A stretch of DNA of 64,000 nucleotides, from NCBI RefSeq assembly GCF_028641065.1, contig NC_073403.1, forward strand, positions 30,752,001 through 30,816,000. Direction: 5' to 3'. The first letter of the stretch is position 1, and each line of letters starts with the position of its first letter. This DNA comes from Leucoraja erinacea. Taxonomy: Eukaryota. The translations under genes were made by a program, and so were the position numbers. Positions 23,536 to 34,574 of the stretch are shown here, in pieces. A model generated the notes under the pieces. The model saw only the letters and a program-made list of their open reading frames with translations. It was not told where the DNA came from and did no database searches.

Positions 23536-26500
23536 TCATTGTTCCCTGCTGATTGTTGCCATGATGAGTAGGAGCTGTTGTAAATGTGCCCTGGTCTCAG
23601 CGCGTGTTATTTCCCAGGCACAGTCACTGAATCCCTGAAAAAGAGAAAATATCAACAAAATGTATTAGATAATGAACATAAATAATATGTCTGTTAAATA
23701 TGCTGGTAATCACAGAGTTTCATGTCAATCAGCTCACCTTCTGTTTCAGAAACTTTCTCAGTTTCCTGAAGTATTTATGAACTGTGGCATTCTTCCTTGC
23801 CCTGGACCCTGTGCTTGGTTTCCTGACACAGACTTCCAGCTCTCTCAGTTGCCGATCCAGGAGAAGCCTGAAGTGTTCCACTGTGGCCTGGACCCACGTT
23901 ACTGAGCTCAGGTTCATGCTGTAGATCCTGCGGAGGTGATGCAGTGTTTCATGGACAATCTGGATCCTGTCCTGGGCCTGTGCAAAACACACATGGAGAC
24001 ATTAGACAGATCCTGGATCCAATCTGGTTAGAATATGATAAGTCACAATCAGGCATCATTTTCAAACAATTAATTCTCAACTGGAGGTTTGCTAGCCTGT
24101 GGCCACACAGTACTGAAAGAAGGTCAGAGCCAGTTGAATTGTAATCTGCAGTTAGAGGTTTAAAAATTGTATGATCAATTAACAAGCAGTACCGTGTCAG
24201 ATGCAGGACACAGTGTCATAGTCTTTGATGGCATGTGAACAGTTTGCAGGAATACAATTTATGCTGCAGGTCCTCAGTTAAAGGGAGAGATGGGAGAAGA
24301 TCCAACTAATCTCACCAACCAGTAAATGTGATGTGGAGATTTTATAGAGGTGTACAATGTCAGTAAAGATATGTATAAGGTAACAGTTGCCTGAATTGAT
24401 TGAGTGAAACAATTGAATGGTAAGTTCTAATGGCAAGAGCAAATACAATTTGGGAGTGTTAGTACAGGATTCCCAAAATTTAATTTGCAAGATGAATCAG
24501 TAGTAAATAAGGCAAATACATACAAGCATTTATTTTGAGAGGACGAGAATATAAAAGCTGGGATGTAGTGCTGAGTATGTATAAGGCACTGGTTAGACCG
24601 CATTTGCAGTAATGTGAGTAGTTTTGGGCCCCATGTCTGTGGAAGAATGTGCTGGCATTGGAGAGGGTCCAGAGGATATCTATGAAAATGAACCCAGGTA
24701 TGATTGGGTTATCATATGACAGGTGTTTGACAATACTGTGCCTGCACTCACTGTAGTTTAGAAAGATGCTGGAGGACCTCATTGTATTTTACTAAATAAT
24801 GAAAGGCCTGGATAGAGTGGATGTGGGAGGATGTTTCCATTAGTGGAAGAGTCTAGGACCAGAGGCCATAGCCTAAGAATTAAGGGATGTACCATTAGGA
24901 AGAAGTCGAGGAGGAATTTCTGAAGGTAGATGGTGAATCTGTGGAATTAATTGCCACAGAAGACCGTGGAGGCCAAGTCAATGTTCAATTTTAAGGCAGA
25001 ATCTAAATGTGTACAGATGCCAGAGGTTATGGGGAGAAGGCAAGAGAATGAGAGTGATCGGGAAAGATAGATAAGCCATGACTCAATGGCAGAGCACACA
25101 TGATGGGCCGAATGGCCTAATTCTGGTCCTATAACATATGAATATGTACAATTGTATGGTAAATCTCTAGGCCCAGAAATGTGTGCTAAGGTGAGTTGGT
25201 TAGGGGATGGGGGACTTAGAAAGATTAAAGGAGGGAGGAAGTGTCTTATAGTTTGTCTAAAGTTCATCATATCAAGACCTTCAGCTGGCGGATGTGCAAC
25301 AACCACCCTACAATAATAAAAGCAAGAATTCAACACACACACACACACACCTTACACACTTCAAAACTTGAGTGGGGGCAAGTCAAAAAACCAGAGCATG
25401 ATAGAATTACAAATATAAGTCTTTCACCCCTCTCTGTCTCTACGTCACATTATATAACACAAAATATACAAAGTGCTGAGGCAAGTCAGCCTGATCTGCT
25501 TAATTACTCCAGCACTTTTCTATCCCTTTTTTAACCAGAATCTGCAGTTCCTGGTGTCTACTTTCACTCCTCCCATTATCTATCAAGGCATACCAACATC
25601 ATAGCTTTCTATGCAGTGGCGATCCAAGTACTGGGCAAGGCAGTGCACTCAGCTATAGACTGGACATTTTTGTTTCTCTCTAGGCAATCTAAACTCTTAC
25701 ATTTTCCTTCAAACCCATGGCCTCTGGATAAAGATATCTCTGCTTTGGGGGATATTTAAATGCTGACTCCCCATTCTAAGACACCCATAATGTTGTACAC
25801 CTCTCCTCGGTCCCCCTGTTCTTTATCCTCTTTGAATTCAATTGACTTGCTGAGGTGTGGAAGTATTTAACCAGACCAGAGGTGAATCTCAGAATCCCTC
25901 TCTGCACTCAGTCATCAGCAGGTTAGTGTGGTGTCAATGGTGACATCGCCTATGTTGGACACAGGTTGTGAAAACATTTGAGAGGAGGAGATTAATCCCA
26001 GGAGATTAAATCAAGCGGTACACTCAATAGGTGGCCTAAAAAACTGGACAAACTCAGCGGGTGAGGCAGCATCAATGGAGCGAAGGAACAGACAACGTTT
26101 CCGGTCGAGACCCTTCTTCAGACTGGTGGGGGGGGGGGGGGGGGGGGGGGAAAGAAAGGAAGAGGCGGAGACAGTGGGCTATGGGAGAGCAGTGAAGGGA
26201 AGGGGAAGGAAGGAGAAAGCAAGGGCTACCTGAAATTGGAGAAGCCAATGTAAATACCGCTGGGGTGTAAATAACCCAAGCGAAATGTGAGGTTCTGTTC
26301 CTCCAATTTGAGGTAAGACTCAATCTGGTCATGGAGGAGGCCCAGGACAGACTGTCAGATTTGGCATAGGAGTGGGAGTTGAAGTGCTGAGCCTCCGGGA
26401 GATCAGGTTCGTTATTGCGAAGTGAGCAGAGGTGTTGGGCAAAGCATTCGCCAAGCCTGCGCTTAGTCTCGCCGATGTAGAGCAGTTGACACCTGGAACA

Positions 26501-27199
26501 GCGGATGCAATAGATGAGGTTGGGGGAGGTACAGGTGTACCTCTGCCTCACCTGGAAAAACTGCTTGGGTCCTTGGATGGAATCGAGGGGGGAGGTAAAG
26601 CGACAGGTGTAGTATTTTCTGCGGTTGCAAGGGAAAGTACCAGGGTGGTTGGGGCGGTAAGGATAGGCGAGTGAGATAACTGGAAAAGGTAAAACAGGAA
26701 AAGAGGGATCAAGAGTAAAATGCCGAGTTTACTCACCTCAACCCCAAAGGAAAGTTTCACCAGGTTCAAGGGCTTGGTTTTCAGCGACCGCCGCTCAGTC
26801 CCACACTGTCGGGTTAGGTGGCCACCCTGAGACACAAGATGTCAACGTTATTCACAACCCGAAAGCTTTCATTGCAATCCACGCGAATCGGATCACACTG
26901 TTGTAAATGCAATCAAGCCAAACTCAAGTACAATAGGTAGAGCGAAGGGGGAGATACAGAGTACAGAATATAAAACATCTCAACGAGAGAAATACGGGAG
27001 AACAGGCTCCGTGTAATCATTGACTTTTTAACAAACAGCCCGGACTTTGGGAGCAGGGCCAACTCACCATTTCATTCAGTTTGCCCAGAGTGTCCGTGTT
27101 GAGAACTTGCAGTAACTGCAGCCTCTCACAGCCCAGGCTCAGGGTCCCGGACAACAACACACAGACAATCCAAACTCTGCAAACAGTGGGCAAAGCCAT
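23536..27199 (-). CDS. Type I interferon D (intact, 186 aa): exons 27199-27068, 26826-26737, 23977-23738, 23634-23536
   Basis: All junctions GT/AG, phase 0; MALPTVCRVW...SLG|CERLQLL, GGHLTRQCGTERR, AQDRIQIV...ELEVCVRK...YFRKLRKFLKQK, GFSDCAWEITRAETRAHLQQLLLIMATISREQ*. Confidence 0.93.
24440..25140 (+). mobile_element. Old CR1 fragment in intron 2 of D (shared with H intron 2)
   Basis: tataaggcactggttagaccgcatttg, ggtgaatctgtggaatt, gggccgaatggcct; inverted homolog at ~62500-63140. Confidence 0.7.
26037..26645 (-). mobile_element. Penelope-like element fragment (GIY-YIG endonuclease and pLTR)
   Basis: ORF 26072-26551 CTSPNLIYCIRCSRCQLLYIGETKRRLG; hammerhead-like motif at 26093-26121. Confidence 0.8.
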
Positions 27200-27369
27200 C
27201 TTCAACCCACAGTGAATAAAGCAGCGATCTGAGGCAAAAATCAGCTCGGAAAACTGTTCCTGATCGCTGACTGAAACTCTGGATATGGAAATGCAACGAC
27301 TTGTGATCCGAGAGCGGCCGCCTGTGCTGCCGAGACCGGTGGCTGTGGATTCTGTCAGTTGTCTCTGCC

Positions 27370-27637
27370 ATGCTGCCCGCTTTAATATGCTACAATCCGA
27401 AATAGTTTATGTTTGAAAAGCGAAATTATGCCACTGGAAATTTGGAAAGTGTCGGGAGAGAACGGTCTCCGTTCTGAAGTAAGGAATATGAAAGTGGGAG
27501 AGTCCCGCAGCAGCGACGGGGAAATCCGCGATGGGAGAGAACAAGCAGCGCTGCGGCTCAGAGCTCCGCAGGTTCACATCAGGGAGTCACAGGTGTTGTG
27601 GGGGAGGCTCAGTCTCGGCAGGGGACGGGGTGGGGAG
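27370..27637 (-). promoter_or_regulatory. Proximal promoter of IFN D
   Basis: TATTAAA (plus tttaata ~27381), gaaaagcgaaa IRF-like ~27415, gggagagtccc and ggggaaatcc kB-like sites ~27496-27527. Confidence 0.65.
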
Positions 27638-30600
27638 TGTGGTATTATGCAATAATAGAGTAAGGCTGAGCAGAGGGGCACTAGGACCCTGCCAGAAGCC
27701 AGGCTCCAGTAACCGGTTGTGTCTGGAAAACCCAGGGTGTCGGCAGTTAGAGAGAGAGGCCTGGGCTTACACGAGGCTGTTGCAGTTGCTGTTGTTATTG
27801 TACAGATTAAAGGTATACTCTGTTTACGTCGTGGTACGAGCCTTATTACAAGCATAACTCGACATGGTGCCAGAACTGGGAGACTTGTAAGCAAGAAAAT
27901 AATTAAAGAAGAAGAGGACGGTGTATCGTTTTGGCGGGAAATAGGAGACGAGCTGGCAGATATGGCGCAACCTACACCAACTGCTACGTTCACAATACAA
28001 CCTCCAGAGCCATTCGATTTTACCAAGCCTCAAGAATGGGAGCGTTGGATCAGGAGATTCGACCGCTTCAGGCTTGCAAGCAATTTAAACGCGACGTCGG
28101 CAGAAAACCAGGTGAACACGTTAGTGTATTGCATGGGCGATGAAGCAGATGATGTGCTAAAGGGGCTAACGCTAACTGCAGATGAGAGGAGGGTGTACAC
28201 GGATGTCAAGGCGGGCTTTGATGCATTTTTTGTGCCTAAAAAGAATGTTATCTATGAAAGAGCCAAGTTCAATCAGCGTGTGCAACTGCCAGGAGAAATG
28301 GTGGATTCCTTCATCACTGCTCTATACGGATTAGCCGAACACTGCAACTATGGACAGTTACAGAACGAGCTGATCCGCGACAGGTTAGTGGTTGGGCTGA
28401 GAAACGTCTCATTGTCCGAAAAGCTACAGCTAGACAGAGACCTAACCCTTGAAACTGCTATAACAAAGACAAGGCAGTCTGAAGAAGTTAGACGACAGCG
28501 GTTTGACTTAAGAGGAGAAAATAGCGGTGCTAGCAAGTGCTCAAGTGTTGATGCTGTGCATGCTAAAAGCTACAGAAAACCCAAATTTCCCTCAAAGCCT
28601 CAACCACAAGCACAAACACCAGGCAAAAATAAATTTAATACACAGCCACAGCCAGGTTCAAAGGCCTGCTATAGATGTGGAAAAATGCCCTCGCATGGAA
28701 AATTGGAATGCCCTGCTAAAGATGCTGTGTGTCACAACTGTGGCAAAAAGGGACATTATGGCAAAGTGTGCAGAAACAGTGCTAAATCTCTCAATGCTGT
28801 CACTACAGAGGAAGAAGAGAGCTTTTTCCTGGGATCCGTGGATGCTGGAAAAGACCCATGGACGGTGCAGCTACAAGTGAGACAACAAAAAGTGTGCTTT
28901 AAAATAGATACTGGTGCTGATGTGACCGCCATGCCAGCGGAGGTGTACCATGACATTACAGGGGGGCATGATGTGAAGTGCCTGGCAGTGTCGACACGAC
29001 CATTGTTTGGGCCAGGGGGCAATGCACTCTCTGTCCTGGGCGTAGCCAGAGAAACACTGCGCAGAGGCAACAAGACAGCCATAGAGGACATTTATGTAGT
29101 AAAAGACCTCCACACTGCACTGTTGGGAAGACCTGCCAAAGAAAGGCTTCAGCTTGTGTGCAGGGTTGACGGCATCACCTTGGAATCTGTGAGACAACAA
29201 TATCCGAAGCTGTGTAGCGGCTTGGGTCTTGTTCGGAGGCCATACTCAATTAAATTGAAGCCAGAGGCTGTGCCCTTCTCTCTCCACACGCCACGCAGAG
29301 TCCCTCTGCCGCTTATGGGAAAAGTGAAGGAGGAGATAGACCGTATGGAGAAGATGGGCGTAATCACCAAGATTGAGGAGCCGACTGATTGGTGTGCCGG
29401 GATGGTGGTGGTGCCGAAAAAAACAGGTGATGTTCGCATTTGTGTGGACTTCACAATGATGAATGGATCAGTATGCAGAGAAAAGTTTATCCTACCTTCT
29501 GTCGAGCACACTCTGGGCATGCTAGCTGGGGCAACAGTATTCAGCAAATTAGATGCCAACATGGGCTTTTGGCAAGTACCATTGACAAAAGAGTCTGCCA
29601 AATACACCACCTTCATCACGCCTTTTGGGCGCTACTATTTTAACCGTCTACCCTTTGGCATAGCATCAGCCCCCGAGCACTTTCAAAGGATGATGATGAC
29701 AGAAGTGACCGGTGGCCTGGAGGGGGTACTGTGTCACATGGATGACATCCTGGTCTGGGGACAGACGCAGGAGGAGCATGATGTGCGGCTACATGCGGTG
29801 CTAGAGAAGGCACAAAAGGCCGGCATTACGCTCAACATGGACAAATGTGAGCTCACACGCCACACAGTCAGATTCCTGGGTCATGTAATTTCAGCAGATG
29901 GAGTGAAGCCAGATCCAGAGAAGACGAGAGCAGTACAAGAGTTGGATGCACCCAAAAATGTCAGCGAACTCAGGAGTTTTCTGGGCATGGTCAATCAGCT
30001 GGGCCGCTTCTTGCCTAACCTGGCTGAAAAAGACAAAGTGCTACGAGACCTGCTGTCCAAGAAGAACCACTGGTACTGGGGGACAGAGCAGCAGGCCGCC
30101 TTTGATCAGTTAAAAACAGAGCTGTCATCCACACCAGTGCTCACATTATATAACCCAAACAGTGCTCTAAAGATCTCTGCTGATGCCTCTTCCTTTGGCC
30201 TGGGGGCAGTCCTGCTGCAGAAGAACGATGCCATGTGGTCACCTGTGGCATATGCGTCCAGGGCAATGACACCAACAGAGCAGCGCTATGCTCAAGTAGA
30301 AAAGGAGGCATTGGCTGCGACGTGGGCATGTGAAAGGTTCAGCTGTTTCATCCTGGGAAGACCATTCGAGCTGGAAACTGACCACAAGCCGTTGGTGAGT
30401 CTGCTGGGAGGGAAAGCTTTGGATGACCTCCCACCAAGAATCCAAAGATTTAGGATGAGACTCATGAGGTACAGCTATACAGTAGATCATGTCCCTGGCA
30501 AAAGCCTGTGGACAGCCGACACCTTATCTCGTGCTCCTCTGAGAGCCGCAAGAACACACACAGACACAAGCCTATTAGAGGACACCAACATCTATGTAGA

Positions 30601-32386
30601 CTCTGTCATCAGCAACATTCCTGTCAGTGGAGATTATCTGAGCAGCCTACGGGAGCACCTACAGGCAGACAGCACATGCTCTGCACTGATGGAGTACTGC
30701 ACAGACGGCTGGCCCGACAAAAGCCAACTGCAGGGAGTGCTGAGACATTACTGGGCTGATAGAGCAGTGCTGACTGTGCACGATGGGCTGCTGCTGCGGG
30801 GCACGAGGCTCGTCATCCCATCAGCCTTACAAAGTGATGTGCTGCAGAGACTACACGAAGGACACCTGGGGGTGACAAAGTGCAGGGGCCGGGCCAAACA
30901 GACGGTATGGTGGCCAGGACTCAGCAGCCAGCTGAATGACATGGTGCTGAAATGTAGAACCTGCATCCAAGAGCGAAGGAACGTCAAAGAGCCGCTGATG
31001 CCAACGGAGATGCCAGACAGGCCTTGGCAAACCTTGGGAGCTGACCTATTCACGCTGAAAAACAAGACTTATCTGCTAGTCGTAGATTATTTCTCAAGAT
31101 ATGTGGAAGTTGCGCTACTATCACCCACAAGGTCCACAGATGTGGTGGTGCACCTGAAATCCATATTTGCTCGTCATGGAATTTGTGAATTTCTTAAAAG
31201 TGACAATGGGCCCCAATTCTCAGGTAGCCACTTTAAATCCTTTGCAGCAGAGTATGGCTTTATGCACATCACGAGCAGCCCCAGGTTTCCTCAGAGCAAT
31301 GGGGAGGCGGAACGCGCTGTACAAACCGTGAAAAACTTGCTAACAAAGGCGTCAGACCCATATCTTGCATTGCTGGCCTACAGAGCAACCCCTCTACAGA
31401 ACGGCTATAGCCCAGCCGAGCTGTTGATGGGGCGCCGCCTACGCACTACAGTTCCTGCCCTTCCAACCCTGCTGAATCCAGTTTTGCCTGACTACAACGC
31501 GCTGGGGGCCAAAGAAAGGGAGAAGAGGTGGAACGACGCAAGATCCTTTGACAAGAGGCACGGAGCGAGAAATCTGGAGCCACTAATACCTGGGGAGGAT
31601 GTGTGGATCACCGATGCACGAGTCCAGGGCAAAGTGCTATCTACACACAATGCACCTCGCTCTTATATCGTCCAGGTGCCTCAGGGCACACTGAGGAGGA
31701 ACCGGCAGCACTTGGTGCCGCTGCAGACCAACAGTGAGGTAGTCGACGCTGATGAGCCACCGGTGGGAGAAGAGCCAGCTCCACCAGAGCCAGCTCCACC
31801 AGACCCAGCTCCACCAGTGACAGCATCACCCAGCGGAGAGGGCCCCACCACAGAGACTGTGCGGACTAGGTGTGGGAGAGAGGTTAGAAAGCCGCAGAGA
31901 CTTGATTTGTGATTTATTGATCTGTTTTCTACAATAAAGAAAAAGAGAGAGTGAAATGTGATGTGAAAATGTTCTGTAAACCTGTTACATTTACCTGAAA
32001 CCGGAAAGAATAGTTCACAGTATGGTAACGTGTAAGTTATTTTATTTCTATTTTGCATGCTTAGATCAGGGACAGGTCTTCCAGCAAAAGGGCAGAATAA
32101 ACCCCTTAAGACCTGCAGAGACAAAGGTAGTCCACCCTTTGTTCTCAAAGAAAGGGAGATGTGGTATTATGCAATAATAGAGTAAGGCTGAGCAGAGGGG
32201 CACTAGGACCCTGCCAGAAGCCAGGCTCCAGTAACCGGTTGTGTCTGGAAAACCCAGGGTGTCGGCAGTTAGAGAGGGAGGCCTGGGCTTACACGAGGCT
32301 GTTGCAGTTGCTGTTGTTATTGTACAGATTAAAGGTATACTCTGTTTACGTCGTGGTACGAGCCTTATTACAAGCATAACTCGACA
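27638..32386 (+). mobile_element. Full-length Gypsy (Mag-like) LTR retrotransposon 1
   Basis: 227-bp TG..CA LTRs at 27638-27864 and 32160-32386 with one mismatch; 5-bp TSD gggag; PBS tggtgccagaactggg (tRNA-Leu-like); PPT aaagaaagggaga. Confidence 0.97.
27962..31912 (+). CDS. Intact gag-pol polyprotein of Gypsy 1
   Basis: Single open frame from MAQPTPT: two zinc knuckles, protease IDTGA, RT CHMDDIL, RNase H DAS/TDH, integrase HEGH..CRTC, VDYFS, SDNGPQF, NGEAER. Confidence 0.95.
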   Translation: MAQPTPTATFTIQPPEPFDFTKPQEWERWIRRFDRFRLASNLNATSAENQVNTLVYCMGDEADDVLKGLTLTADERRVYTDVKAGFDAFFVPKKNVIYERAKFNQRVQLPGEMVDSFITALYGLAEHCNYGQLQNELIRDRLVVGLRNVSLSEKLQLDRDLTLETAITKTRQSEEVRRQRFDLRGENSGASKCSSVDAVHAKSYRKPKFPSKPQPQAQTPGKNKFNTQPQPGSKACYRCGKMPSHGKLECPAKDAVCHNCGKKGHYGKVCRNSAKSLNAVTTEEEESFFLGSVDAGKDPWTVQLQVRQQKVCFKIDTGADVTAMPAEVYHDITGGHDVKCLAVSTRPLFGPGGNALSVLGVARETLRRGNKTAIEDIYVVKDLHTALLGRPAKERLQLVCRVDGITLESVRQQYPKLCSGLGLVRRPYSIKLKPEAVPFSLHTPRRVPLPLMGKVKEEIDRMEKMGVITKIEEPTDWCAGMVVVPKKTGDVRICVDFTMMNGSVCREKFILPSVEHTLGMLAGATVFSKLDANMGFWQVPLTKESAKYTTFITPFGRYYFNRLPFGIASAPEHFQRMMMTEVTGGLEGVLCHMDDILVWGQTQEEHDVRLHAVLEKAQKAGITLNMDKCELTRHTVRFLGHVISADGVKPDPEKTRAVQELDAPKNVSELRSFLGMVNQLGRFLPNLAEKDKVLRDLLSKKNHWYWGTEQQAAFDQLKTELSSTPVLTLYNPNSALKISADASSFGLGAVLLQKNDAMWSPVAYASRAMTPTEQRYAQVEKEALAATWACERFSCFILGRPFELETDHKPLVSLLGGKALDDLPPRIQRFRMRLMRYSYTVDHVPGKSLWTADTLSRAPLRAARTHTDTSLLEDTNIYVDSVISNIPVSGDYLSSLREHLQADSTCSALMEYCTDGWPDKSQLQGVLRHYWADRAVLTVHDGLLLRGTRLVIPSALQSDVLQRLHEGHLGVTKCRGRAKQTVWWPGLSSQLNDMVLKCRTCIQERRNVKEPLMPTEMPDRPWQTLGADLFTLKNKTYLLVVDYFSRYVEVALLSPTRSTDVVVHLKSIFARHGICEFLKSDNGPQFSGSHFKSFAAEYGFMHITSSPRFPQSNGEAERAVQTVKNLLTKASDPYLALLAYRATPLQNGYSPAELLMGRRLRTTVPALPTLLNPVLPDYNALGAKEREKRWNDARSFDKRHGARNLEPLIPGEDVWITDARVQGKVLSTHNAPRSYIVQVPQGTLRRNRQHLVPLQTNSEVVDADEPPVGEEPAPPEPAPPDPAPPVTASPSGEGPTTETVRTRCGREVRKPQRLDL

Positions 32387-33265
32387 GGGAGGGGACGTGA
32401 CTGTGGCTGTGCATCGCTGGGGGCTGCATTTTATCCGAGTTATAATATCACTGCGCCTTTCAGCGTTCACCCTCGGAGCCACGGACAGAGATTGTGTTAA
32501 AGCCGCCCCTCCACTCACCCAACTGCGGTGAAGCCACATCTCAGGGGGACAGTGCGGAGAGACGGGTCGCGGCCGCTTGGTTGGTGGCGACTCTCTCAGC
32601 GCCGATACACCGGACCCACACTCTGCTCTCCGAGGAGAAAGTGCTTCTATGTTCTTCACACCAGACATTTCTGCTTTAAAAAAAATTAAACGGCTTCAGT
32701 TCGATCCGCATGTTAACCGGTCCCGATCCATTTCCTGTCTTCCTGCCATCGTAGGAAAGTCTCCGGCTCGGTCGGCCGGGGGGAAGCGGCCGCGCCGCAA
32801 CTTCAGTCCAAAGATCCTATAGCCACAGAAGTAATACATGTTTGCTTACCTTTCCTCCTTAATGGGGAACCTGAAGAAAGACAAGTCGGGTCGCCTACAT
32901 TGCCGATTGGAGCAATTTACAGCAGTGCAGAATGCAACACTATTAGACGTGGACGCCATGGTCTAAGTGAAGATACGAGTGCGGAGGCGGAAGCAAATAT
33001 CCTATCTTTAGGCGGAAGCAGGTTACGGAAATGGGACCTTAAATTACCCATGAATCTGCCCATGACCGTACTACGTGTTTTTCGCAGGAGTGGTTCATCT
33101 TGCTCCGCTATAGGATCTTTGCTTCAGCCGAAGCGAACGTGTCCTGGTGGAAGAGACGGGCTCGTCACATCCGAGAGTGGGCGTGTTTGTGAACCGCTCG
33201 GGTCCCGCTGAGAGGCTGAAGGGTAGCGGGATAAACTGCTATTGGGTTATTATTGTCACGTACAC
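32387..33265 (-). promoter_or_regulatory. Distal half of the D upstream cassette, displaced by Gypsy 1
   Basis: Continues the cassette exactly across the TSD (ggggtggggag|gggacgtgac) and matches the B, F, G and H copies. Confidence 0.75.
32809..33121. mobile_element. hAT-type MITE, 313 bp
   Basis: 15-bp TIR caaagatcctatagc / gctataggatctttg; 8-bp TSD cttcagtc / cttcagcc; empty site in the B cassette at ~14104. Confidence 0.85.
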
Positions 33266-33380
33266 TACGGTCGATGAGGTGCTTCAAGAGTTATCAACCA
33301 GTTAAGTGTTCCCAAAATTGATCTCAAGTGGGGATATCATGAAATGGAATTACTTCCAGAGTCAAGAGAGGTGACAACAT
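33266..33380 (+). mobile_element. Short relic of Gypsy RT
   Basis: TVDEVLQEL...KIDLKWGYHEMELLPESREVTT with a stop and a frameshift. Confidence 0.6.
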
Positions 33381-33842
33381 GCATGGACCTCCAGCCAGAA
33401 TATCTCCTTCCACCACAACCACTGTCTTCTATGAATAATCCATCTCTGAATCCATACGAGCAAGTCATCAAGAATCCCATACATCTTAATCTTCTGGATC
33501 AGGGCCTGCCTTAGGAGGTGCGGGGCCCATTTGGGAACAATTTTGGTGAGCTTCAGGTTCCCAGCCAAGGTCTGTCGAATCATAGAAATATAAATAAAGT
33601 CTATTATAGACTTTATATCTCTGTGGTAGAATGGAAAGTAATCAAAATGTGCGCTTAAAAAGTGCCTGCGAGTTAATGGACCAAACAGATCTAAGCTACA
33701 TTTTAATATAAAATTGCATACAAGTAACAAACAAAATGTGTAGATCACCTCTGAAAAGTACATGGTTACAATACCACTTGTTTTAGTGACTGTGAAATGA
33801 AAAAATAAGTAATTTAATTTAACCTATTACATTTTGGGCTTC

Positions 33843-33985
33843 NNNNNNNNNNNNNNNNNNNNNNNNNNNNNNNNNNNNNNNNNNNNNNNNNNNNNNNNNN
33901 NNNNNNNNNNNNNNNNNNNNNNNNNNNNNNNNNNNNNNNNNNNNNNNNNNNNNNNNNNNNNNNNNNNNNNNNNNNNNNNNNNNNN
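33843..33985. other. Assembly gap (N run)
   Basis: Run of n. Confidence 1.
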
Positions 33986-34004
33986 GGTGCAGGATGTGTG
34001 TGTG

Positions 34005-34200
34005 TGGGAGGGAGGACGAGAAGGGAGGAAGGAGAGGAGGGAAGGAGGGAATGGAGAAAGAAGGGAGGGAGGGAAGGAGAGAAAGAAGGGGGGGGAGGAA
34101 GGGAAAGGGACAGAGGAGAGAAGGGACGGAAGGAGGGAAGGGGGGGGGGGAGGGAAGGGAAGGGAGGGAGGGAAGGGAAGGAGAGAAGGGAGGGAGAGGG
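34005..34200 (+). repeat. Purine-rich (GGA/GGGA) low-complexity tract
   Basis: Nearly pure G/A; a pyrimidine-rich tract lies at ~34405-34530. Confidence 0.9.
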
Positions 34201-34574
34201 TCGGCGGCAGGAGCGGATGCCGGGATCCGGGTGGAGGGGTGTGATCTGACGCCGAGGTTTGTAAACGTTGCTCTAACCCCCGGCTCTCCCTGTATTGTTC
34301 ACCATGTCTCCACGGGGAGAGAGAGAGAGGTGGAGCCGGAACTGTGTGCGTCAAGCACGGCGACTGGAGGGGCCGGAGCGCTACCCCGGGACCGTGAGGA
34401 ACGACCCACCTCCCACTCTCTCTCTTCTCCAATCCCCCTCACATCCCCCTCCCCGACTACCCCTTTCTTCCCCTTTCTTCCCTCGCCATCCTTTCTCCAC
34501 CTCTCTCTCATCCCTCCATCCGCTTCCCCCCAGCAGACCGAGCCGGAGATATTGCGCGGCGGCGAGAAGGGGTG

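Noticed and set aside
27719-27961. N-terminal extension of the 1397-aa ORF
   Set aside because: Begins at a GTG inside the LTR, upstream of the PBS; the gag start is more plausibly the ATG at 27962
31681-32148. env-like or extra ORF in Gypsy 1
   Set aside because: Only ~250 bp separate pol from the 3' LTR; this ORF is antisense and overlaps pol
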